A stretch of DNA of 61,564 nt, filler included. It is 3 parts of 3 records of this genome, joined end to end, with 100 filler letters (N's around TTAATTAATTAA, not from the genome) between each part and the next. Parts side by side here need not be neighbours in the genome. Positions count along the whole stretch, not along the records: positions 1 to 23,726 come from SRR22947725_2214; 2 more parts are not named here. One strand, 5' to 3'. Positions within the stretch are counted from its first letter, which is position 1. The number at the start of each line of letters is the position of its first letter. The notes under the pieces are model-generated. The model was not told where the DNA came from. It saw only the letters and a list, made by a program, of their open reading frames with translations, and did no database searches. The position numbers and the translations under genes were made by a program. This document shows, one piece after another, positions 10,037 through 21,135 of this stretch.

Positions 10037-10333
10037 TTGTTAAAAAACCTAGTTAAGCGGTTCAACGCTAAATCAAACAAACATTTGTTGATTATTTTTA
10101 TAATTTTTGCTTTAAGTGGATCTGGTTCATTATTTGTCTCATCTCCTATTTTATCTGTAATCAATTTAGATAGCCTAGTAACATTCTATCCTTTATACTT
10201 ATTAATTAGAATTATAATCATAATTCCTATTTATCAAATAATGTTAATAATAATAGCCACATTGTTTGGACAATTTAATTATTTTTGGAAATTTGAAAAA
10301 AAATTCCTTCAACGTCTAAAGCTTATTAAATAA
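10037..10333 (+). CDS. Small membrane protein (DUF6787-like)
   Basis: IFIIFALSGS...PIYQ...LFGQFNYFWKFEKK pattern recalled from this family; TTG start. Confidence 0.65.
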   Translation: MLKNLVKRFNAKSNKHLLIIFIIFALSGSGSLFVSSPILSVINLDSLVTFYPLYLLIRIIIIIPIYQIMLIIIATLFGQFNYFWKFEKKFLQRLKLIK

Positions 10334-10409
10334 ATAAATTAACTTGTATTTAGCTGTTTTTAATTGTAAAAGTCTTTAAATATTAATAGATAAATTTTTA
10401 GAGTTTAAA

Positions 10410-10637
10410 ATGAAAAAAGATATCCACCCAGATTATCACGAAATTACTGTTGTAATGACAGATGGAACCGAATACAAAACTCGTTCTACTATGGGCAAGG
10501 CAGGTGAAACTATCAAGCTGGATATTGACCCAAAATCACATCCTGCATGGACAGGTCAACATAGAATTCTGGACTCAGGTGGACAAGTTGCGCGTTTTAA
10601 CAAACGTTTCTCTGGTCTTGGAGTAAAAACCGACTAG
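10410..10637 (+). CDS. rpmE: 50S ribosomal protein L31
   Basis: [10 protein letters not shown]...SHPAWTG...[10 protein letters not shown]. Confidence 0.97.
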   Translation: MKKDIHPDYHEITVVMTDGTEYKTRSTMGKAGETIKLDIDPKSHPAWTGQHRILDSGGQVARFNKRFSGLGVKTD

Positions 10638-12727
10638 TCTTCTAATACACTAAAGTTTGTGTATTGTATTATTATGTTTCGTAATAATTTCAACACTTCC
10701 AATCTATTATTTTTTATGATATTATCCTCATGATTTACAATAATATTTTCAAAAAACATATTAATTAAAGTACTTGCTTTTGTAATTTCATTTAAGATAG
10801 TTTCTTGTTTATCCAACTGATATTTATTTTTAGCAAATTCAATCCTTAAATGATTACTAATATTAAAAATACCTTCCTCTTCAGAACCTTCAAACAGACT
10901 TTGATCAACATAAATTTGTGATCCTTCTGGCAATTCATTAGTTTTAATAATGTTATTTAACCTTTTAAAGTTAGATAAGAAAAATTTAAACTCTTCTGTT
11001 TTATGTATAGTTTTTATACTTTGTATTCTTTTATATAATACTTGAAATGGTATTTTATATAAATCTGGCAAGTCAATAATTGATTTAATTATATCATCTC
11101 CAAAATCTTCTTTTTTAAGTATATAGCTCAATTTGTCTAGGATAAATGCATATAATTCATCTTGAATTATTTCAGATGAATTATCGAACATTTTCAAAGG
11201 TTCAGTAAAAAGATCAGAAATTGAAATGTTAACTTTAAATTTAATCAAAATTTTAACTATTGAAAATCCAGACCTCCTAAGGGCGAATGGATCTTTAGAG
11301 CCGGTTGGCTTCTTATTTATTACAAAAAAACCTGTCAATGTATCAATGTTGTCAATCACTGATAACATTGCTCCTAAATTTGACTTAGGAAGTTCATCTG
11401 ACAAGCCTTTGGGCTTGTAGTGCTCTGAAATTGCAATTGAAACGTCAGAAATGGTACCATTTATTTTTGAATAATATCCTCCCATAATTCCTTGAAGTTC
11501 TGGAAACTCACCAACCATTTCGGATGCTAGATCAGCTTTGGACAAAAGAGCAGCTTCTTTTGCTAAAGAAGGGTCTAAATTAAAAAAAGATGCAAAAAAA
11601 TCTGAAATTTTTGCAAGTCGTATAGTTTTGTCAAAAATAGATCCAAGGCCATCATAGAACAAAACTTTTTTTAATTTTTTATTAAAATAATCTAATGAAT
11701 TAGAGGTATCAACCTTCCAAAAAAAACTAGCATCCGATAACCTAGCTCTTAATACTCTTTGATTTCCTTCTGTTATTCTAATATTTCTATTTTTTTCTGT
11801 AAGAGCATTAGATACGAATATGAATTTTGGAGCTAATTTTTTCTTATTATCAAATATAGTAAAATATTTTTGATGCACCTTCATTGCTGTGGAGAGAACT
11901 TCTGGAGGCAAACTCATGAATTCATTGTCTATAGTTCCAAGCATAACATTTGGAAACTCTACTAAACCTGTAATTTCATCCAATAATGAGTTATCTTGTT
12001 TTAGATTTAATTGTTTGTTATTTAATAACAAATCTATGTCGCTTAAAATTTTATTTTTTCTAGTTTCTCTATCTATTATAACATTATTATTTTTCAATAA
12101 ATCTTCATATTGATTAATACTTTTTACAATGATTTTTTGGTTATGATGCCTGTGACCAAAGCTAAAATTTGTAAAGTTTAGGAATGTATTCTTCCCAATT
12201 CTTATTTCCCCCATGACTGGCTCGTCATTTAATAAAATTAATATATTTCTAAGTGGTCTAGCCCATTTTAAGTCAGAATATCCCCACCTCTGACTTTTGG
12301 ACCATAAAAAATCAAATATTATCTCATTAATGATATCAGGCAAAATTTTAGCAGTATTTTTGCCAAATATATTTTGTGAATAAAAATAAAAATCACCATT
12401 ATTTGTCTTTTTAACAATAGTGTCAGATAAACTAATATTATTAGATTTTAAAAAACCATTAATTGCTTTTTCATCTGAATCTAACCTAGGACCCCTTTTT
12501 TCAACAAGTTGATCTTTCTGAACAAGGTCTATATCTCTAATTATAATTGCTAGATGTCTTGGTCCTGTATAAGTTTTGCATGAATCAAAGCTTAGTTCTC
12601 TACTAACAAGTTTCTTTACAAATAGATTTTCTAGTTGTTCTCCAGATCCAACCTGTAATCTTGCTGGGATTTCTTCGGAAAAAAATTCTACAAGCAAGTC
12701 TCCTTTTTGAGCATCAATTTTACTCAT
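10634..12727 (-). CDS. glyS: Glycine--tRNA ligase beta subunit
   Basis: [51 protein letters not shown]. Confidence 0.96.
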   Translation of the reverse strand: MSKIDAQKGDLLVEFFSEEIPARLQVGSGEQLENLFVKKLVSRELSFDSCKTYTGPRHLAIIIRDIDLVQKDQLVEKRGPRLDSDEKAINGFLKSNNISLSDTIVKKTNNGDFYFYSQNIFGKNTAKILPDIINEIIFDFLWSKSQRWGYSDLKWARPLRNILILLNDEPVMGEIRIGKNTFLNFTNFSFGHRHHNQKIIVKSINQYEDLLKNNNVIIDRETRKNKILSDIDLLLNNKQLNLKQDNSLLDEITGLVEFPNVMLGTIDNEFMSLPPEVLSTAMKVHQKYFTIFDNKKKLAPKFIFVSNALTEKNRNIRITEGNQRVLRARLSDASFFWKVDTSNSLDYFNKKLKKVLFYDGLGSIFDKTIRLAKISDFFASFFNLDPSLAKEAALLSKADLASEMVGEFPELQGIMGGYYSKINGTISDVSIAISEHYKPKGLSDELPKSNLGAMLSVIDNIDTLTGFFVINKKPTGSKDPFALRRSGFSIVKILIKFKVNISISDLFTEPLKMFDNSSEIIQDELYAFILDKLSYILKKEDFGDDIIKSIIDLPDLYKIPFQVLYKRIQSIKTIHKTEEFKFFLSNFKRLNNIIKTNELPEGSQIYVDQSLFEGSEEEGIFNISNHLRIEFAKNKYQLDKQETILNEITKASTLINMFFENIIVNHEDNIIKNNRLEVLKLLRNIIIQYTNFSVLED

Positions 12728-13667
12728 TATTACTTTTTTCTATCCAGGCCAAGCAACATGATCTTGCCATATTTCTCACTCTTAAAATATATGACTGTCT
12801 TTCAGAAACTGAAATAACTCCTCTGGCATCTAATAAATTAAAAACATGGCTAGCTTTAATACAATGGTCATAAGCAGGCAAGCACAAAGGATTATCTTTA
12901 TCTTTTAACAATGAAATACATTCTTTTTCGGCATTATTAAAATTTTCTAATAATATCGATGAGTTTGATTTTTCAAAATTATAAGTAGAAAACTCTTGTT
13001 CTTGCTGTAAAAAAATATCCCCGTAATTTTTTCCACCTTTAGTTTTTTCAATACCATCCCAATCAAGATCATATACATTTTCAACTTTTTGAATAAACAT
13101 TGCAAGACGTTCTAGACCATAAGTTATTTCACTTGCAACAGGGTAAACTTCAATACCTCCAACTTGTTGAAAATATGTAAACTGACTAATTTCCATACCG
13201 TCACACCAGATTTCCCACCCAAGCCCTGAAGCTCCTAAGGTTGGGCTTTCCCAATCATCTTCAACAAATCTTATGTCATGGTCTTTGGTATTTAAACCGA
13301 TAGCATTTAAACTATCTAAATATAGTTCTTGTATATCGTCAGGTGACGGTTGAATAATAACTTGAAATTGGTAATAATGTTGTAATCTATTAGGGTTTTC
13401 TCCATATCTTCCATCAGTCGGCCTTCTACATGGTTGAATATAAGCGGCTTTCCAAATAGGATCAGGACCTAATACACGTAATACAGTTCCCGGATGAAAT
13501 GTGCCTGCACCAACTTCAGAGTCGTAAGGCTGCAATAAAACACAGCCTTGCTCTATCCAGTAAGATTGAAGATTCATAAGAATATTTTGAAATGACTTTG
13601 TTTTATTCATTTTATTACTGTTGTTAACTTTATTATACATATCTAGGTTTTTAGCACCAAAAGGCAA
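12720..13667 (-). CDS. glyQ: Glycine--tRNA ligase alpha subunit (true start may be an internal Met)
   Basis: [42 protein letters not shown]. Confidence 0.97.
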   Translation of the reverse strand: MPFGAKNLDMYNKVNNSNKMNKTKSFQNILMNLQSYWIEQGCVLLQPYDSEVGAGTFHPGTVLRVLGPDPIWKAAYIQPCRRPTDGRYGENPNRLQHYYQFQVIIQPSPDDIQELYLDSLNAIGLNTKDHDIRFVEDDWESPTLGASGLGWEIWCDGMEISQFTYFQQVGGIEVYPVASEITYGLERLAMFIQKVENVYDLDWDGIEKTKGGKNYGDIFLQQEQEFSTYNFEKSNSSILLENFNNAEKECISLLKDKDNPLCLPAYDHCIKASHVFNLLDARGVISVSERQSYILRVRNMARSCCLAWIEKSNNE

Positions 13668-13669
13668 TT

Positions 13670-13930
13670 TTAAGATTGTTCTTTAGAACATTTTTTATTG
13701 TTACATTTGTCACCAGGACTCCAGCAACCACAATTATCACATTTATATGCGTCTATCCCTTTTTTACTCAGATCTTCCTGGCTTTCATCATTATTTTTTG
13801 AAATACTTTTACGTTTTTCTATAATTTTAAAAGTGTACCAAACAGCAACAAGAATAATTAAAAGCCAAAATATTTTACTAATTGAGAGCATCATCTTATA
13901 AACCAAATCTCTTAAAAATACTTTTTTCAT
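13670..13930 (-). CDS. Small membrane-anchored protein with Cys-rich (Zn-ribbon-like) C-terminus
   Basis: N-terminal TM helix; CDNCG...C...C; fills the gap between the S49 peptidase and glyQ. Confidence 0.65.
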   Translation of the reverse strand: MKKVFLRDLVYKMMLSISKIFWLLIILVAVWYTFKIIEKRKSISKNNDESQEDLSKKGIDAYKCDNCGCWSPGDKCNNKKCSKEQS

Positions 13931-14705
13931 CTACTTTTTGAATTAATATATCAAGGGCTCCAGATAACAAACTACTAAAACCAAAAAGTTTTTTCTTAGG
14001 GGTAAATTCTTTTATTTTAACTTGATTACCAAATCTTTCTTTAAGAACACTTTTCATTTCACCAAAAGAATCAATTAGACCAATTTCTAAACTTTTTTCG
14101 CCTGACCAAAAAGCTCCAGTAAAAACATCTTTGTTATCATCTTTAATCTTACTGCCACGTCTAGATTTCACAAAGTTAATAAATTGAATATGAAGTTGGC
14201 TTTGTATCGCCTTTAATCTTTTAATGTCATCAGGATTCTCTGGTAAAAATGGGTCTAAAATAGCTTTATTATCACCAGAAGTATATAACCGCCTATCAAT
14301 TCCGATTTTTTCTATTGCTTTATTAAAACCAAATCCTGAAGAAACAACCCCAATAGACCCGATTATTGAAGCTTTACTAGCTATAATTTCATCAGCTGCA
14401 CAAGCTAGCCAATACCCACCAGATGCAGCCACATCCTCTACAAATGCTAATACTGGGACATTGTTTTTATCTGACAACTCCCTTATACGATTTGCAATCA
14501 TTTCTGATTGCACAGGAGATCCACCTGGAGAGTTAATTTGCAAGGCAACCGCCTTCAGATTTTTGACAGAAAAAGCTTGTTCTATATTCTTATCAATCTC
14601 ATTTAAATTTAAACCTTTTCTTCTACCCATATTTGGAGCAATAACTCCATTCAGCGGAATGACTGATACACTTTTAGATTTTCTAAAAATAGAAAAAAAA
14701 CCCAT
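13896..14705 (-). CDS. S49 family signal peptide peptidase (SppA-like)
   Basis: INSPGGSPVQS, DVAASGGYWLA, SIIGSIGV. Confidence 0.92.
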   Translation of the reverse strand: MGFFSIFRKSKSVSVIPLNGVIAPNMGRRKGLNLNEIDKNIEQAFSVKNLKAVALQINSPGGSPVQSEMIANRIRELSDKNNVPVLAFVEDVAASGGYWLACAADEIIASKASIIGSIGVVSSGFGFNKAIEKIGIDRRLYTSGDNKAILDPFLPENPDDIKRLKAIQSQLHIQFINFVKSRRGSKIKDDNKDVFTGAFWSGEKSLEIGLIDSFGEMKSVLKERFGNQVKIKEFTPKKKLFGFSSLLSGALDILIQKVDEKSIFKRFGL

Positions 14706-14792
14706 AAAAACCTCTTAATAAAAATTATCAAAACAATTAGTTAATAGTGATTTGTAAACTACAACATTTATGAAATTTCTTAAATAAATTGT

Positions 14793-15539
14793 TTAATAAA
14801 AATTTAAAATACCTTCTTCACTTAATAAACTTGCTTTTTTGCTTTCTACACCTTTATTATTATATAATTTCAACCCAGGCAGCAATTCAGTTGGGCTAAT
14901 ACCCCCTTTTTTAGCCAAAAGTATAATCCTTTTCGAAGATTTTTTTGTATTTGGCCAAATAGGGTATATTTTAAAAGATCCAGCTTTATCTCTAAGGCTA
15001 ACTAAAACTACATCCAAAATGTTTGTTGGAAGAATTATACAAAGTGTTCCTTTTTCTTTAAGAAGGTAAACGCAGCCTTCCATCCATTTTTCTAAGTCAA
15101 CAATTCTTTTAGCAACATCTATAAATTTGTTATTCGATTTATTACTATTTTTGTTGTTAAATGGAGGATTGGAAACGACTATATCAAAATGATTTTTAAG
15201 ATTTTTGTTGATGTTAAAAATATCATAGTTAACAGTCTTAATAGTGTTATGAAATTTATTTTTAAGAACATTTTCTTTTGCAATTTCTATAAATTCTTCG
15301 TTGTTTTCTATTGAACTAATTTTCAAATTTTTGTTTTTTAGAGCTAAGATTAGACTGATTGTACCAACACCTGAACCGACATCTGCCAACGATAAATCTT
15401 TTTTATTTTTTCTCAAGTAACCATTTACAAATGCAGCTAAACATACTGCATCAAAGCCATATCTATAACCATGCTTCATCTGGGTTATAGTTATTTTACC
15501 TCTTAAAATTGTATCTGTGGTTTTATCTAAATGTACCAT
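14793..15539 (-). CDS. tRNA1(Val) A37 N6-methyltransferase family (YfiC/TrmN6-like)
   Basis: GYRYGFDAVCLA, DVGSGVG, VVSNPPF; divergent from ispB as is usual in Alphaproteobacteria. Confidence 0.85.
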   Translation of the reverse strand: MVHLDKTTDTILRGKITITQMKHGYRYGFDAVCLAAFVNGYLRKNKKDLSLADVGSGVGTISLILALKNKNLKISSIENNEEFIEIAKENVLKNKFHNTIKTVNYDIFNINKNLKNHFDIVVSNPPFNNKNSNKSNNKFIDVAKRIVDLEKWMEGCVYLLKEKGTLCIILPTNILDVVLVSLRDKAGSFKIYPIWPNTKKSSKRIILLAKKGGISPTELLPGLKLYNNKGVESKKASLLSEEGILNFY

Positions 15540-15634
15540 ACCACTCTCAAATAATTATTTTATAAAGGTTTATTATATATTATTTGCGCGTTATAATATA
15601 AATATTAATTTTTTTTGGAATTTTTTTAAATAAC

Positions 15635-16633
15635 ATGTCAAAATCAGAAAAAAATAAAGATAGCGTTGGTCAATTAAATAAATTGCTGGAAGTAACTCTA
15701 AAGAAAGTTGATCAAGAAATAATATATAGACTAGATAAGTCAATCCCCTTAATTAACGACATTGGAATACACCTAATTAATGCATCTGGCAAAAGAATAC
15801 GCCCACTACTGACGTTAGCAATGGCAACCCAACTAAATGATAAATCAAAAAACCCTATATTACTGGCAGCTGCAGTTGAGTTTATTCACACTGCAACATT
15901 ACTTCATGATGATGTAGTCGATCAATCAAATTTAAGAAGAGGTAAAAAAACAGCTAATATAATATGGGGTAATGAATTTAGTGTTCTTGCAGGGGATTTT
16001 CTGTTTGCTCAATCTTTCGAGTTAATGGTTGAGACTGGTTCAATTAAAGCTTTGTCAAGTTTAGCAAGCGCTTCATGCAAGATCACACAAGGTGAATTTC
16101 AACAAATGCAAATCGCAAATAAACCTAATACAACTAAGGTAGAATATTTTGACGTAATTGGGAAAAAAACAGCTGAGCTTTTTGGAGCATCTTGTGAAAG
16201 TGGAATTATTGTTGCAAATGGGAGCTTGGCACAACAAAAGGCAGCTTATGATTATGGTTTTAATTTAGGGTTAGCGTTTCAAATTGTTGATGATCTTATG
16301 GATTTCAATTCCCAAAGTAAAAAAATGGGTAAAAATTTAGGTGATGACTTTAAATTAGGTAAGACTACACTTCCAATTATTTTAGCTTGGGAAAAAAGTA
16401 ATACATCTGAAAAAAAATTCTGGAATAGAACTTTAAGAGAATTAAAGCAATATACTGGTGACTTCGATGAAGCATTAAATATCTTTAAGAAATATAATAT
16501 ATTTGAAGATTGTAAATTAAAAGCACATGAATTTATTTCAAAGTCTAAAATTTCGTTAGAACAATTCCCAAATACTCAATTTAAAGAACATTTGATTGGT
16601 TTAGCTAGCGAAAGTACTCAAAGATCTAAATGA
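15635..16633 (+). CDS. ispB: Polyprenyl diphosphate synthase (IspB type)
   Basis: GKRIRP, HTATLLHDDVVD...RRG, KTAELF, FQIVDDLMD. Confidence 0.93.
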   Translation: MSKSEKNKDSVGQLNKLLEVTLKKVDQEIIYRLDKSIPLINDIGIHLINASGKRIRPLLTLAMATQLNDKSKNPILLAAAVEFIHTATLLHDDVVDQSNLRRGKKTANIIWGNEFSVLAGDFLFAQSFELMVETGSIKALSSLASASCKITQGEFQQMQIANKPNTTKVEYFDVIGKKTAELFGASCESGIIVANGSLAQQKAAYDYGFNLGLAFQIVDDLMDFNSQSKKMGKNLGDDFKLGKTTLPIILAWEKSNTSEKKFWNRTLRELKQYTGDFDEALNIFKKYNIFEDCKLKAHEFISKSKISLEQFPNTQFKEHLIGLASESTQRSK

Positions 16634-16641
16634 GCTAAATT

Positions 16642-17292
16642 ATGAAAGATAGTTTGATAAAAAGTCAGCACGAATATGAAGACAAAAATAATTATATAAG
16701 AGAAAAGTTAAAATTTTTTATTACTAAAAATACAAAATATAATCTTCGAGAACTTTCACGCGCTCTTAACAAAAACGATGCTTATTTACAACAATATTTC
16801 CATCGTGGCACTCCTAAAATTCTCCCCGAAGAGTATAGATATAAGTTATCAAATATACTTGAGATAAATGTTGAGGAATTATCTCCTGAATGGTTAAAGA
16901 ATTATTCCAATGAAACTAATCAAATTTCTATTCATAATATTGAAAAAGATGATCCATCAAAAATTCAAACAATATCATTCTCAAGGCACCTTTTATATAA
17001 TTTAGATTTGTCTAAATTAAAATATTTACTATTCTTTCAATTAGTGACTGACCAATGTAAAATAACAAATATTATTAATTTAAATCTAAATACTTATGAA
17101 GAGCCAGGTCTTTATTTATTAAATGATCAAAAAATATATTTTCTAGCCTATCTTGAAGTTAGTACTCGAGATAATAAGAAACTAAGCGTACGGCCATACT
17201 TACAAAAATTTTCTCCATTTCATATTGTCAAAGATGCTTTGAATATAAGAGCTAAGGTTATATGGCAAAGTTCAAACGAACTTTTAAAATGA
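16642..17292 (+). CDS. XRE-type HTH regulator with degenerate S24 (LexA/CI-like) C-terminal domain
   Basis: LRELSRALNKNDAYLQQYFHRGTPKILPE HTH; C-terminal PGLYLL and AKVIW resemble S24 strands, but catalytic residues are absent. Confidence 0.65.
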   Translation: MKDSLIKSQHEYEDKNNYIREKLKFFITKNTKYNLRELSRALNKNDAYLQQYFHRGTPKILPEEYRYKLSNILEINVEELSPEWLKNYSNETNQISIHNIEKDDPSKIQTISFSRHLLYNLDLSKLKYLLFFQLVTDQCKITNIINLNLNTYEEPGLYLLNDQKIYFLAYLEVSTRDNKKLSVRPYLQKFSPFHIVKDALNIRAKVIWQSSNELLK

Positions 17293-18632
17293 GGAAAGAG
17301 AAAAAATTATCAAAAAATTTTGATCCCCAAATTCTTACTATTGATTATATAGGTTCAAGAGGCGAGGGCGTAGCAAAGCTTTTTAAAGAAATTGATTATA
17401 AAGAACAAAATTATAATTTTTTTGTTCCTTTTTCTTTACCTCATGAACTAATTTTGGCTAAACCCACCTACTTATCTAGTGAAGGTGTAAGGGCAGAATT
17501 AATAGAACTTAAACAACTATCACCTGATAGAGTTGAACCTAAATGCAAGCATTTTTTTAAATGTGGTGGCTGTACCTTACAGCACTGGAATTTTAAAAAT
17601 TATAATAGTTGGAAATCCAAAAAAGTGTCTTCTCAAATAAAGATAATTTCTTCCGATGGAGAGATTAAAGAAATGTTAGTTTCTTCCCTAAAAAGTCGCC
17701 GGCATGCAAAGTTTGTCGCTAAAAAAACTAAATTAGGTACAATTATTGGTTTCTACGAGTATAAGAGCCATTTTATTTCAGAAATTGATGAATGCTTAAT
17801 ACTTAATGATCAACTTACTAATTTAATAAAAGAAATAAAAGCTCCAATTTCTAAAATACTAAGAGTTGGGCAAACAATAAATATTCATGCTAACGTTTTA
17901 GATCATGGCATTGATCTCTTAATAGACGGAATTGATAAAATACCTTATAAAGAATTAACGAAGTTTAATGAAGCTATGATGAAAACAAACGTGATTAGGC
18001 TTAATCGATCCCAATTAAATCATCCCAATGACTTACTCTTTATTAAAGAAAATATAAGTTTATCTAATCATGTATATTCATCAAAAATTTTCCCTCCTCC
18101 TGGAAGCTTTCTACAAGCAACTATCGACGGTGAAAATGCAATTATAAACACTGTGATAAAGGGATTAGAAAAAATAAATAAAAAAAAATTAGTTTGCGAA
18201 CTTTTTTCTGGATGTGGAACTATTACAATACCTTTACTTTCCAAGGGTTACACTATAAATGCCTATGAAATAGATGATGAATCAATTAATGCTATCAATA
18301 TTGCTAGCAAAAGACAAGGTTATGGAAATAAGGTAATTACACAGTCTAGAAACCTGAAAAGTAATCCTTTAACATCAGAAGAATTAAAAAAATTCAATGC
18401 CATAATTATTGATCCACCAAGATCAGGCGCAAGATCACAATTTTTAAATATTACACTTTCTAAAGTACCTATTGTAATAAGCATTTCTTGTAATATTAAT
18501 ACTTTTGTAAGAGATGCAAAGATATTAATTGAAAATAATTATCAATTAAAATGGGTACAGCCAATTGATCAATTTCTGTTCAGCCCCCACGTTGAAATAG
18601 TTAGTCTATTTGAATTAAATTTGGTAAATTAA
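17289..18632 (+). CDS. rlmD: RlmD/TrmA family RNA (uracil-5)-methyltransferase
   Basis: 4Fe-4S motif CKHFFKCGGC...C, SFLQA, ELFSGCG, DPPRSG, ISCN, DQFLFSPHVE; ATG at 17289 overlaps upstream TGA. Confidence 0.88.
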   Translation: MRKEKKLSKNFDPQILTIDYIGSRGEGVAKLFKEIDYKEQNYNFFVPFSLPHELILAKPTYLSSEGVRAELIELKQLSPDRVEPKCKHFFKCGGCTLQHWNFKNYNSWKSKKVSSQIKIISSDGEIKEMLVSSLKSRRHAKFVAKKTKLGTIIGFYEYKSHFISEIDECLILNDQLTNLIKEIKAPISKILRVGQTINIHANVLDHGIDLLIDGIDKIPYKELTKFNEAMMKTNVIRLNRSQLNHPNDLLFIKENISLSNHVYSSKIFPPPGSFLQATIDGENAIINTVIKGLEKINKKKLVCELFSGCGTITIPLLSKGYTINAYEIDDESINAINIASKRQGYGNKVITQSRNLKSNPLTSEELKKFNAIIIDPPRSGARSQFLNITLSKVPIVISISCNINTFVRDAKILIENNYQLKWVQPIDQFLFSPHVEIVSLFELNLVN

Positions 18633-18836
18633 ATGCTAATTAAGAAGTCAATCACACTAAAAAAACATCGAACATCTTTATCTTTAGAAAAAGATTTTTG
18701 GGAAGCATTAAATAAAATTGCTGAAAATGAAAACAGTTCTATTCAAAGTTTAATTTCTGAAATAGATATAAATAGAAAATCTTCATTAGCGTCATCAACA
18801 AGAGTTTTTATTTTACAATATTTTAAGCACATTTAA
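18633..18836 (+). CDS. Ribbon-helix-helix (RHH_4-like) domain protein
   Basis: KKSITLKKHRTSLSLEKDFWEAL...LASSTRVFIL. Confidence 0.85.
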   Translation: MLIKKSITLKKHRTSLSLEKDFWEALNKIAENENSSIQSLISEIDINRKSSLASSTRVFILQYFKHI

Positions 18837-20380
18837 CCTGTAATTCCAATTTGCCAAGGTGCAAATTCATGCCTACCCAAATTTAAAACTTCACTTTTTG
18901 TTTTCTTTCCAGAAGCAAAAGAAATGAATTCTTCAAAAATTTCTTTTCCCATTTCTTCTATGTTTTTTTCACCGTCAATTACTGCACCGCAGTTAATATC
19001 CATGTCTTCATTCATTCTTTCAAATAAATTTGAGTTAGTTGCAAGTTTAATAGATGGTGTTGGTTTTGCACCAAAACATGATCCTCTTCCAGTAGTAAAA
19101 GCAATAAGATTTGCACCCCCTGCAATTTGTCCAGTAGCAGAGACTGGATCAAAACCAGGTGTGTCCATAAAAACAAATCCTTTTTTATCTACTTTTTCAG
19201 CATAATTATAAACTTCCATCAATCCAGTCGTTCCACCCTTCATTGCTGAACCTAATGACTTTTCTAAAATATTTGCTAATCCTCCTTTTTGATTACCTGG
19301 ACTTACAGTACCGTTAATTTGAACATCCCTACCGACAGAATATATATCTTTCCACCAATTGACTCTGTTCATTAATTTTTCAGCAACATTACTGTTAATA
19401 GCTCTTGCGGTTAGACTGTTTTCCACACCATAAATTTCAGGTGTTTCAGATAAAATTGCTGTGCCTCCATGAGCTACTAATATATCAACTGCTTTTCCTA
19501 AAGCAGGATTGGCAGACAAAGAAGAGAATGCATCTGAGCCACCACATTGCAATCCAACCATTAAAGAAGAAAGAGGCGTTGCAATTCTTTCAATTTTATT
19601 TGCCTCCTCTAACATTCCTTCAATACATTTAATTCCAGCTTTTATTGTGGCTGTTGTTCCACCATTTTCTTGCATAACTAACGTTCTCAATTTGTTAGTC
19701 TCTGCTATACCTTGACTTTGAAACAATCCACCTACTTGGCATCTCTCACATCCAAGTCCAACAACAAGGGATGAGGCAACGTTTGGATGGTTTATATAAC
19801 CTCCAAGCGTCCTATGGAGTAAATTCATAGGCTCACCAGATAATTCCATACCGCATCCCGTAGAATGACTAAATGCCGCCACACCATCAATATTAGAATA
19901 ATTTTTGAGCTTTTCTTTAGTAAAATAAGCAGCTATCTCATGCACAACCGTTGCTGAACAATTAACTGTTGAAACAACAGCTATATAGTTTCTGGTACCA
20001 ACTCTACCGTCATCCCTTTTAAAACCCATAAATAACCTTTCACTTGAAGCATTAACAAATCTTGTAGGCTGGTAATTAGCACAATAATCATGTTCTCTAA
20101 TAAATTCTTTGAATACAACGTTAGAATTAGTTAAAACTTGACCTTTTAAAATATTTGAGTCTGCAAAACCTATAATTGTTCCATATTTATATATTGGTGA
20201 ATTTTCTGATATATCAATTTTTGCAATTTTTTGACCCGATAATATTGGAGCATCTATTTTTAAAGCAAATTGTTTTAAGTATTGTCCTGCATTCATATTT
20301 TCTAATGCTATGACAATATTATCATTTTCACTTAAAATTATTGCCTTGGCATTTTCTTTATCTGTTATGATTTTTTTCAT
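18833..20380 (-). CDS. UxaA/GarD family (altronate/galactarate) dehydratase
   Basis: SAF domain DNIVIAL, GRVGTRNY, HSTGCG, GLGCE, QCGGSD, SETPE, FTTGRG. Confidence 0.9.
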   Translation of the reverse strand: MKKIITDKENAKAIILSENDNIVIALENMNAGQYLKQFALKIDAPILSGQKIAKIDISENSPIYKYGTIIGFADSNILKGQVLTNSNVVFKEFIREHDYCANYQPTRFVNASSERLFMGFKRDDGRVGTRNYIAVVSTVNCSATVVHEIAAYFTKEKLKNYSNIDGVAAFSHSTGCGMELSGEPMNLLHRTLGGYINHPNVASSLVVGLGCERCQVGGLFQSQGIAETNKLRTLVMQENGGTTATIKAGIKCIEGMLEEANKIERIATPLSSLMVGLQCGGSDAFSSLSANPALGKAVDILVAHGGTAILSETPEIYGVENSLTARAINSNVAEKLMNRVNWWKDIYSVGRDVQINGTVSPGNQKGGLANILEKSLGSAMKGGTTGLMEVYNYAEKVDKKGFVFMDTPGFDPVSATGQIAGGANLIAFTTGRGSCFGAKPTPSIKLATNSNLFERMNEDMDINCGAVIDGEKNIEEMGKEIFEEFISFASGKKTKSEVLNLGRHEFAPWQIGITG

Positions 20381-20406
20381 ATTTTAAATGTCTCCGGATA
20401 AGTAAA

Positions 20407-21135
20407 TTAATTCTCTTTAGAGTTACTCTTCAACCACTTTTCGTACATTTTTTTTTCATTTTTGTCAGTAAGTGGGTATAAACCTTTTATTGATGATCCA
20501 TTCCTAACCTTGTCGATTACATAGTCTTCATAAATAGTCATAGGGTTTACCTCATTGGCAATTTCATCTATAATATTGGCAGGTATTACTACCACTCCTT
20601 CTTTGTCACCTACTAGCAAATCTCCAGGCCATACAGCAACATCTCCACACCCAATAGGAACGTTAATATCTATTGCTTGATGTAAGGTAAGATTAGTAGG
20701 AGATGAGGGTCTATTATGATAAGTAGGTATCTGAAGCTTTTTTATTTCATCAGAGTCTCTGAACCCCCCGTCTGTTACAACTCCTGCACACCCTTTAACC
20801 ATTAATCTGGTTATTAAAATAGCACCAGCTGAAGCAGCTCTTGGGTCTTTACGACTATCAAATATTAAAACATGATCTTTTGGACATTCTTCTATCGCAA
20901 CACGCTGAGGATGTTTAGGGTTTTTGAAAACCTCTAATGTATTTAGATCTTCTCTAGCAGGGATATATCTTACTGTGTAAGCAAATCCTACCATATTTGA
21001 GAGATTTGAGTTAAGAGGACAAATACCTTGGATAAATTGATTTTTCAACCCTCGTTTAAATAAAGCTGTGCATATTGTCGCTACGCTTGCTTTTAAATAA
21101 ACTTTTTTTATGTGATTAACTAACATATAATCCAC
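20407..21135 (-). CDS. RraA-like / HMG-CHA aldolase family protein
   Basis: GFAYTVRY, GVVTDGGFRD, GDLLVGDKEGVVVIP. Confidence 0.85.
   Translation of the reverse strand: MDYMLVNHIKKVYLKASVATICTALFKRGLKNQFIQGICPLNSNLSNMVGFAYTVRYIPAREDLNTLEVFKNPKHPQRVAIEECPKDHVLIFDSRKDPRAASAGAILITRLMVKGCAGVVTDGGFRDSDEIKKLQIPTYHNRPSSPTNLTLHQAIDINVPIGCGDVAVWPGDLLVGDKEGVVVIPANIIDEIANEVNPMTIYEDYVIDKVRNGSSIKGLYPLTDKNEKKMYEKWLKSNSKEN

Noticed and set aside
10410-10637. Zinc-free L31 as a zinc-starvation paralog
   Set aside because: Cys-free L31 is the normal form in Alphaproteobacteria; no Zur context seen.
16642-18836. Prophage remnant (repressor plus RHH protein)
   Set aside because: Both regulators are embedded in a housekeeping operon with no phage or integrase genes.
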